From Octopus bimaculoides (Eukaryota), in the NCBI RefSeq assembly GCF_001194135.2, contig NC_068986.1, forward strand, positions 100,342,097 to 100,388,846: 46,750 nucleotides of DNA. Reading direction: 5' to 3'. This document shows positions 37,986 through 46,750 of the stretch, one piece after another. How positions within the stretch are numbered: position 1 is the stretch's first letter; the number at the start of each line of letters is the position of its first letter. A program made the position numbers and the translations under genes. The notes below the pieces were generated by a model. That model was not told the origin of the DNA and ran no database searches. It worked only from the letters and a program-made list of their open reading frames with translations.

Positions 37986-38239
37986 CATATACAAATACGC
38001 ACACATCCGCACTTTATTTATATATATATATATATATGCCTATATATAGAAAGTGATAGATAAATAGATAAATATGGAAAATAAAAAGACCAAAGATGGA
38101 ATATGTGGTGGGATTGAATTTTGAGTAACTGTTAACATAACTTACTTTAAAGTACGGATGACTTAAGCTTACTTTTAACCATTTTTACTATCGCCCAGTA
38201 GATAGTTAACTCGCTTTGTTATCATGAGTGCAACAAGCC

Positions 38240-38620
38240 TCACATGTGTGTATGCTCACCCTTTTGCAGATGCTTGTATGATCGAGTGCACTCGTGCCAT
38301 GCACCTTGTCCGAGGGCGTTTATACGTCCATATCTGCTAATAGTTAGTTTAATACTTCTCTCGCAGTATTGCACGTTCGTTTCTCTTTTCACCGTTTGCG
38401 ATTTTATTTTTGATCTTCTATGCAGATGTAGATATTTCCTCTCTCTGGCTGCTTTTCTTTCTACAAAAGAAGAACTTACCGCGCAGAACTGTTATTTTAA
38501 CGAGTTGTGTTTATTTATTACCTGATGACATACATGTAAACAACCGTATGCACCTGAACCAGTTGCTGAGTGTCCCGCCCGTCAGAGATCGATGCTAGAT
38601 GTGTCGAAACGAATGTCGTG
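38240..38620. promoter_or_regulatory. Locally CpG-rich unique island with GC box and splice signals (possible promoter or 5' exon)
   Basis: Many CpGs in a 380-bp stretch; cccgccc at about 38574-38580; minus-strand donors GCG/gtaagt (38480) and CAG/gtaata (38522). Confidence 0.2.
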
Positions 38621-38765
38621 ATTAATAGATTTTAGTATATTCCATTTTCCGTCATTTTTTTTTTGCCATATACATAGCGATTATTGTTAAAGTGATAGTG
38701 CTTTACCAGTAAGCTACCAGGTGTAAACCATTCGTTTTATTATCCCTTATATACATACATACATG

Positions 38766-38811
<46 letters not shown>

Positions 38812-39355
38812 TACAAGCACGCACACACACCCAAAACACACACACACACCCACCCACAATCTTTTATCTCAATTTCCTCTTGAGCACTTCGAACGAAATG
38901 CGAGCCTTAACTTTGTGACAAAATTTCTAATTAATCTTATACTTTCTCAAATCNNNNNNNNNNNNNNNNNNNNNNNNNNNNNNNNNNNNNNNNNNNNNNN
39001 NNNNNNNNNNNNNNNNNNNNNNNNNNNNNNNNNNNNNNNNNNNNNNNNNNNNNNNNNNNNNNNNNNNNNNNNNNNNNNNNNNNNNNNNNNNNNNNNNNNN
39101 NNNNNNNNNNNNNNNNNNNNNNNNNNNNNNNNNNNNNNNNNNNNNNNTACCAGTATTAATCACTGACAAATTGCCAAAATAAAATTCCTTACATGAAGAT
39201 CAGTAAATAGTTGAATAAATAGATACATGAACAGAAGTATCATATACTGCTGGGATTTAACGGGGTGAAGTTTTAAGTAGTTGTTAAAAAGAAGGGACGA
39301 TGGGTTATTCAGAAAATGTTTAACTCACACACACCCACACGCAGTCATGTACATA

Positions 39356-39358
<3 letters not shown>

Positions 39359-39419
<61 letters not shown>

Positions 39420-39811
39420 GGTGGTAGTAGAATGACTGGTAAAGTGAAGGAATGAAAAAGAACAAAAGAAAGTGAGGGAAAACGGAGAGAAAGAAAGTCC
39501 AAAAGCGAGGAAAAGAGTTAGGAGACAAGAAAGAAAAGCGGAGACTTGAAGGAAGAAAAGCAAAACGAAAGGAAAAGTACAGAGAATATGTAAGATGTAC
39601 AAAGAGAGGACGGATGTAGAATGTATTAAGTAGGAGCAAAAATGAAAGAAATTGAAGGAAGTTTAGTTGACTTAAATGAAGGACATGAAGGGAGCAATAC
39701 TGAAATAGAAAGGAGAGAGAGTGAATGAAAGAGGGAAAGAGACGAAGAGAAACACAGAAAAAGAGAGAGAGAGAGAAAAAAAAGGGAGAAAGAGAGAGAG
39801 AGAGAAAAAAA

Positions 39812-39889
<78 letters not shown>

Positions 39890-39895
39890 CGGGAG
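39359..39895. repeat. (AG)n microsatellites and purine-rich low-complexity tract
   Basis: Pure (AG)n at 39359-39410 and about 39815-39880; the intervening sequence is mostly purine-rich. Confidence 0.9.
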
Positions 39896-40097
39896 GAAAC
39901 AACTAGAAATGAATGAGTAAAAAGTTAGATTAAGAAAGATTACTCGATTTGTATACAACATAATTGCGTAACATGTAATTCAGGAGCTGGAGGTGAAGAA
40001 CAATAGTACGACTATCTAAGTAGAGACAAGACAGAAGTGTAATTGTCGCAGCAAGTTAACTGTAGGAAAGAAGATTATAAACATGAGAGGGAGTAGA

Positions 40098-40160
40098 ATT
40101 TCCGTCTAACCAGTTTCACTAATCGCGTATGGACTGGCCCGAGGGTATGGGGCATTCACT
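40098..40160 (-). mobile_element. Old diverged copy of SINE family A
   Basis: tttccgtctaaccagtttcact...ggcccgagggta aligns with tttccgtctaccaaatccact...ggcccgaggcta at 26736-26785. Confidence 0.4.
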
Positions 40161-40386
40161 TACTAATCATACAACCCACTGAGAACGAACGTGTCATTGC
40201 GCAGCGGAAACATTTAGTCATAGAACCTCTAGACATACGCCGATCTCAACATCAACGGAAACGTACACGAGTATATACATATACCTATGCACATCTGTTC
40301 ATGCAAGTATACTTACAAACACACACATACACAAACGTACGCACGCCAACACTCACACACACAAACACATACATATAGGTGTGTGC

Positions 40387-40421
<35 letters not shown>

Positions 40422-41650
40422 TATCTGTATCGATGGATGAAATTATTTGTGTATGTATATTAACTGTCTAGGCTTCAACCGGATACTTTCCATTCGATTA
40501 TAATTACAGACAGATGTATCGGTAATGACACATTGGAAGTTCACACGAAATACCTGTCTGTCGGATATGAGGTACATAACGATCACGGAATTCTGTAGAA
40601 AATAGGTGACAGGTGAAGTAACTACATAACATAAATATACGATGTAATGTAGGTCAATTTCTAAGCGATACGTTGTTGCTTGGCATTTCTAGAATCTTCG
40701 CATATATCCGTGTTAATTCGTTTTTATATATTATAAACAAAAATCAGTAACTTAAATATTATCCCTTTATCAACTGTTCATAAGTCATATATTGTAGACC
40801 GAATTATGCACCTTCTAATCCACTCTACTATGTACTAGTACATGGGGAAGCGAGCGTCTTGCTTTTTCGAGAGCAAAATGTATTAGGATAAGTTTATTTT
40901 ATTGCTGTTCTCCATATGTTTGATTAAAGTTTTATGGCTGAGGTGACATGTAGAATTAGAATTATTATCATCTTCACTTCTCTACTTTACGTTAGTATTC
41001 ATTGGTGATTTTGCACATGCAAGTAACATTGTTTTTCCAGTTGGCTCTGATATATTACATCTTTCATGCTTAGACTTATGTTAGCGTTGAAGTTATATCC
41101 CGCAGTTGTGGTTAGTGGAGTACATTTACGTATATTGTATAGAAAATGTCTAAACATACGTAACTGAATTTCTCGCTAAAACTAAGGCATGGAATTTCAA
41201 TGTTTTTGTATGGATTATTCTATGTAACAGAATGTTGGGAATGTCGGTGATATAAAAATTAGGCGAAATAAGTTAAACCATAATTGTAATAATACGCTGC
41301 CAGCCAAAGATGTACGTCTGAAGATCCCAGGACTAATGTCCCTGTTCAGGTTGTTTAAGCCCAAAGGGGTGGCAAAATCTCATATCTATATATAATGCTT
41401 TTCATTTGGTTTACCGTATATTTGTACTTAAGTTATATATGTATGTGTGTGTGTATAATATATGGATACAGAAATATATGGAAATGCTGAAACAGGCACT
41501 GGTACAGAAATATGTGCAGGGATGTATACTTATATATGCATAAAAGTATACATACGTGCATACATCCTCATACAAACACACAAACACACAGAGGCACAGA
41601 CACATAGACGTTTATATATACATAGATGTACATATATATATGTATATTTA

Positions 41651-41699
<49 letters not shown>

Positions 41700-44600
41700 G
41701 TCCATATATATATAAACATACACACACACGCACAAAAAACACACATATATGTATTCATATATATGGATGCGTTACTATATTCACACACTCTCACACACAT
41801 ACTTAGTGGAATATGCGCTTTGGTGGATGCATATGTATGAGTAGATAATAGTTATGAATGCACACACATGCCGTCATAAATATATATTCATAATTACTGA
41901 GAAACACATATGTATATGCACTCATACATGCGCACATACACATATACATGTTTCTTGCAAATCTTCGATATGAACGCTTCTTTAGAATGTCAAGCATAGC
42001 TATCTGATTTTCCAGGAAATGGTGCAAAATTTAATTGTGCTATGTACCCCCACAAAGTTATTGGTGCATGGAGATATGCAATATATATTAGTTTTCTCTT
42101 ATTTAGTATATGTCATGGCTTATACTCTAAGGTATGTGCAATTATACGCTAGAACGCCTGAAGTCTATATATATAACTCATAAGCAAATATACAAAATGA
42201 ATCGAAGCATATATAGACTTTATGTGTCACTATTATGTTTCATACTAAATGGATGTTCATTTGAACAGTGTCTGTATTATTATACAGAATATATGATCGA
42301 CATATTTTCCAGATATTAATACATATTTTCTTCTTGATTTTTATGCCGGTAGTCATACGTGATATCGTACACTTTAAGGTACGCATGCATATATAATACA
42401 AGCAGTTATAATTTAGAAATAGATTGATGTATATATACATATATAGATATATACATACTTACATACATATACACAGACACAGAGACAGACACACACACCG
42501 ACACACACATGAATATCGAATACAATATCTTCTATTAGATACGAATATAGTATGGTAAATATTTATGATACGACGTAATATATTTTCATGCCAGACATTT
42601 GCACGTTGTCTATGAATTGAATCTTTTTTGTATTTTCTACAACAGATTTCACAATGTGCTGACTTGTAGCTACTAGGCAGTCACTGAAATCTATACAGAA
42701 TAAATTAATACTGAATGTTCTCTGCTAGAAAAGAAAAAAAATCATAATAAATCGGCTACGTTTAGACTGGCATTCGAGCGATAGATTCTTGATACATAAA
42801 AACATCAGTCTCAGTCTCTGCTTATACCGTAAGAGCGGGATTGCGTTAAGTTATATGGATGAAGCAAGATTTCAAATACATAAATAAATAAAGACAACTG
42901 AATTATATATAAAAAAGTACAAAATTATCTGCCCAGTCACTAACAAATACACAATTTATATATATTCAAAACAATTCTAAAATTCATATAGAAAAGCGAC
43001 AGAACACCAAGTGATGCTACAAAAAATAAGCATCGATGCTAGTATTTGTGTCAAACATAGGCAAAACATAGTGCAGCCTTATAGAATCCTTAAGACCATG
43101 GACAATAATAACATTCACATTAACAGCCTCAAATATTATCCTCAAATAATAGCCCCAAAGCTATTTTAATTTTCACACATTTCTTCAAACAATTTTTAGA
43201 AATGACGGACAGAAAAGTGATAAAGCAAATTAACATAGACATCTTTCACTTGTATCATAAATTATCTCCGTTTTCTTTATTCTTTACATATAAATAAAAA
43301 CCAATAAAGAATGTAAAAACTCAATGCAAGACAAAACCCACAAATGTTCACCAAATAAACTTAGCTGTCAGTTAAACGAAGCGTAATAAAACGGGAATGA
43401 ATGATCTGTGAGTGGTGCATACTCTATAGGCTGCTCAGCCGATAGAGATGCCGTACGATGTGGAGGTGAGATTTGGTTGTACAAAGTCATAAATAGATGC
43501 GCCTCAATATTTGTTGTTGCCTTTAAAGTTCACCAGAAATTCTAAGTAGATAGTTTAGTACATGAACATTTAAAATAGATTCACTGTGTGAGAAATATTT
43601 TGTTTATGTGTATATATAAATCATCCGGCACGCAAATTCAAACCGTATGAATGTGACAACTGGCTACTTGTTCTGAAATTATAACACATCACTGATCGTC
43701 TTTAATCAGTAATTTCATGAGAAACCTTAGATGACAACATGCATCTTTTCAATTTGCAGTATGTATTTCACAGGGACAAGTGTAGGTTCTCTACCAGAAC
43801 TGTGCTATAAGAGCAGCATGAAATTAAACTTTCAGGTAGTTGACTTTGCGACGAATGTTATAAAATATATACCGATTCTGTCAACTATGCGAACGACGAA
43901 ATAGTTTGCAATAACTGAACAACTTCAGGCACTTTTACATAACTGACGGGACAGTGTTCTTCCATAGTCAGCACCTGAGAAATTATTGAAACCACGGTGA
44001 ACGACGCTGCAATAGACTTTGTCTTATGTATCGGAGAAAAACCTAAGAGGATGAAGAATTTGAGCAGCCTCGTCGTATGATTTAGATTCCAGCGATCAAT
44101 ATTTATTGATGTTACCGCCATAGGCAAACTACTTTCCAGACTTACGAGCGCTTTAGGGGAAAGGAAAGTTGAGTTAAGTTAGTAAGTTTAATATGTAGGA
44201 CATACCTATTCAAGGAAATCCATGCCCTGATAAGAACTGCATTGTGCGATAAGGAAACGCCCAGCTGAACCGCACCATTAGGGAAGTAGTTTTATACATG
44301 AAGCAACAATGAAACGATGTGAGGAGGACGTTATGACTATAAAGAGGAAAACCCACTCATATCTTCATTTGTGCCCAAAATAAACTCATGACATCGATAA
44401 ATAAAATGAATTAAAATTCCACATCGAAATCCACCATTAGCAAACGTATGGAAGGAAGTATTACACAGTGGTCTCACGCGAAAGTTGCAGAAGCCAATCT
44501 TAATTGCACACTCAGTACGAATTACAAATGGAGTGATAGGAACACATAGAGTAACATATCACAGATAGAAATATATCTAATTTTGTGGGAAAAAATATTT

Positions 44601-45659
44601 GCATTTTAAAATTAATTTCTCAGACAAGTAAGTCGAATATTACGATTATTGAGATTGAAGGAATAAAAGTTGAAATTTTGTATTATACAAATTAGTAATG
44701 GTTAATTCTGCTTGATAGAAAAAAAAATCAATGAAGGTTTTAGAGGATGAATAGATTAAACTTTATAAGCCAATTCTAAAATGTTTAATCATATACGATG
44801 TATAATTTATGATTTGTATAAAGCCGCGACGTTTATTGGTGACTGGATTAAATTATACTAGACTGAAATTACAAAATTTCTTTAAATTTCTTTAAATTTT
44901 ATACATTAAACCTACTTTGAAATTTTCTTGAAACCTTATAAAAATATTACGTACTTAGTTATTAGCTATTACAATATGCCGCAAGAGATTTTTAATTATA
45001 ATACGGATGAAAATATTTCATATGTCATGATGATAAGATGCAGATGAGAGGAACAAGAAGATCAACATTAACAAAAACTATTAATCCATTATATTTTTTG
45101 ATCATCAATTCAGCGTAAGGTGGAAACTTAATAAGTTGTTAAAGTGTTTTGTATAGAGATAAGCAGATGATATATGATACATAAATAATTTAATGGAGGT
45201 GACATTAACAATAGTAACTCTAATAGTATCTACAATTTTACTTTGTGTCATAACCAAATATCGAGAAATTATAAGACTCTTGCAAACAGTAAGTGAATTT
45301 CTTTCTACATACTGTAGTGGAAAAAAATGTCGAGCTAATGGGAGGTTGTTCAGTAGGAAATGCATTTATAATCTAGATAGGTATGAAATATAGCCATGGC
45401 TAGATTTTAGACTCAAGTAGGTTGCACATATAATCAGGTTTAATATGCAAGTCTAGAATAATCCGATCAGAAGTATAATGTAAAATATCAAAACTTCTCC
45501 CTCATAAAGACACAATAAATTGCCTATTATACTGAAGTGTAGACGTACCTACGCATTTCAATTCGTGACTCTTAGTTATGCTAAAACCATTGGTACAGCC
45601 GAGGAGGCATTTATAGATAAGATGAAACTCGTTCAGAGGGAACGCGTGCCAATGTAAAT

Positions 45660-46722
45660 AATATTATTTCCATGTCTTCTACAGGGAACATCTTGCAGGG
45701 GTTCCCAACGAGCGAGACTGACAACTCATCTTGGGATTTTCTACATTAAATCTAAGGTACCACATATAGGAATCAGATGGTGCTTTTCCGGTTTGCTATG
45801 GTCTCATATAAGTGATGTATGTATATATGTATGTATGTATGTATGTGTGTATGTATGCATGTATGCATGTATGTATGTATGTATGTACGTACGTACGTAC
45901 GTAGGTATGTATGTATGTATGCATGTATGTATGTATGTATGCGTGTGTGTGCATGTATGTATGTATGTATGTATGCATGCATGTATGTATGTATGTATGT
46001 ATGTATGATTTTTGAGTTTTTGAGAGAATTCAAGCCGGTTTCTAACATGGCAACAAGACTTTTTGAAGTAAGAGAGTTCCATGTGTTTGTAAATATGTGG
46101 TTAAGATGAGGTGTTAATTGAACTATCGATGAATACACACTTGTGTGTGCATCTAATCACGTAAGAATCTCACATTGAAAATTTATAGAATGTAATATAC
46201 ATCTTCCCTGTGTCAATAATAGATTAGATTCGGAGAATTCACGTCAGTTACTTTTGCTCTTTTCCCCTGAAACCAAGCGTTCCTCAGTTTTTATACAAAT
46301 TTGTTGGTACACAACCTAATGCACCTATGATGATAGGTACAAATGAGAATTGATAGTCGGGGTAGAAGAGCTGCAAATTCCGCATTACTCCGCCATAAAT
46401 TTTCTCGTTTTCCTTCAATATTGAATGTACATTCATATCTGCTGAGCAGCTGACCTCTAGAACAACGCATGGCATTTGTTTCTGGTCCCCCAAAACAATA
46501 TCATGTCTGTTTTATTTGCAGCGAATTGATCAATTTACAGCTGTGTTCCACCAGTATTTCTTGTCCTTAAAAGTGTGAAGATCCGCTGGTTCTTACAAAT
46601 TTTTAAATGTCTTCTCACGAACTCGCTTGAAATCGCATGTATTTAAGGAGTTTCCTCGGTAGCTTCGTAATCTTTAGACATTCCTGGAGAAGACACGTGA
46701 TGTTCTACTTCTCCCACAAGAT
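45660..46722 (-). mobile_element. RLE-type (restriction-like endonuclease; R4/Dong/NeSL-like) non-LTR retrotransposon, 5'-truncated 3' end
   Basis: Minus translation KYWWNTAV..RCK*NRHDIVLGDQKQMPCVVLEVSCSADMN...Y..VMRNLQLFYPDYQFSFVPIIIGALG (NRPD...E catalytic pattern; P..IGALG). A putative 3' UTR continues past the (CATA)n tract to about 45660. Confidence 0.75.
45815..46007. repeat. (GTAT)n tetranucleotide microsatellite
   Basis: Directly visible. Confidence 0.95.
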
Positions 46723-46750
46723 AATTATATATATATATATATATATATAT

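Larger units (their letters stand above)
1649..39147. other. Eight assembly gaps: 1649-1967, 6099-6386, 17844-18119, 19743-about 20664, 21232-21241, 28588-29310, 29811-30499, 38954-39147
   Basis: N runs; most are flanked by (TA)n or (CT)n, consistent with assembly breaks at long microsatellites. Confidence 0.98.

Noticed and set aside
10246-41330. Other CTGANGA matches (about 10246, 13757, 21036, 23835, 38522, 41317)
   Set aside because: They lack a properly placed GAAA, stem III or stem I complementarity.
43885-44560. Second RLE-type LINE remnant on plus ((W)DIPIQ..PD; LTRKLQK..I..RI) and ORF 43885-44127
   Set aside because: Only two weak motifs in different frames; not enough without a translated search.
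1573-46138. Most ORFs in the supplied track (YIYI, LSLS, HTHT, ERER, MYVC runs and poly-X)
   Set aside because: They are translations of microsatellites or N-gaps, not proteins.

Overview
AT-rich, microsatellite-saturated eukaryotic DNA with eight N-gaps. The SINE families and the (TA/CA/AG/TACA)n load suggest a cephalopod, most likely Octopus (inference from family resemblance, no database search). I can support no complete host gene; only a few weak candidate exons. The window is mostly transposon relics: a near full-length degenerate Chapaev-3 (CMC) DNA transposon (about 2113-4224), an internally deleted mariner (16284-17121), a probable ancient hAT (about 7400-8100), three Penelope-like GIY-YIG fragments (about 5.3 kb, 24.1 kb, 31.3 kb), an RLE-type non-LTR retrotransposon 3' end (about 45.7-46.7 kb), and tRNA-derived SINEs of three families. 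The most interesting signal is a set of minimal type-I hammerhead-ribozyme-like motifs, three of them downstream of the Penelope endonucleases. All have damaged catalytic cores. I found no evidence for a genuinely new biological system.
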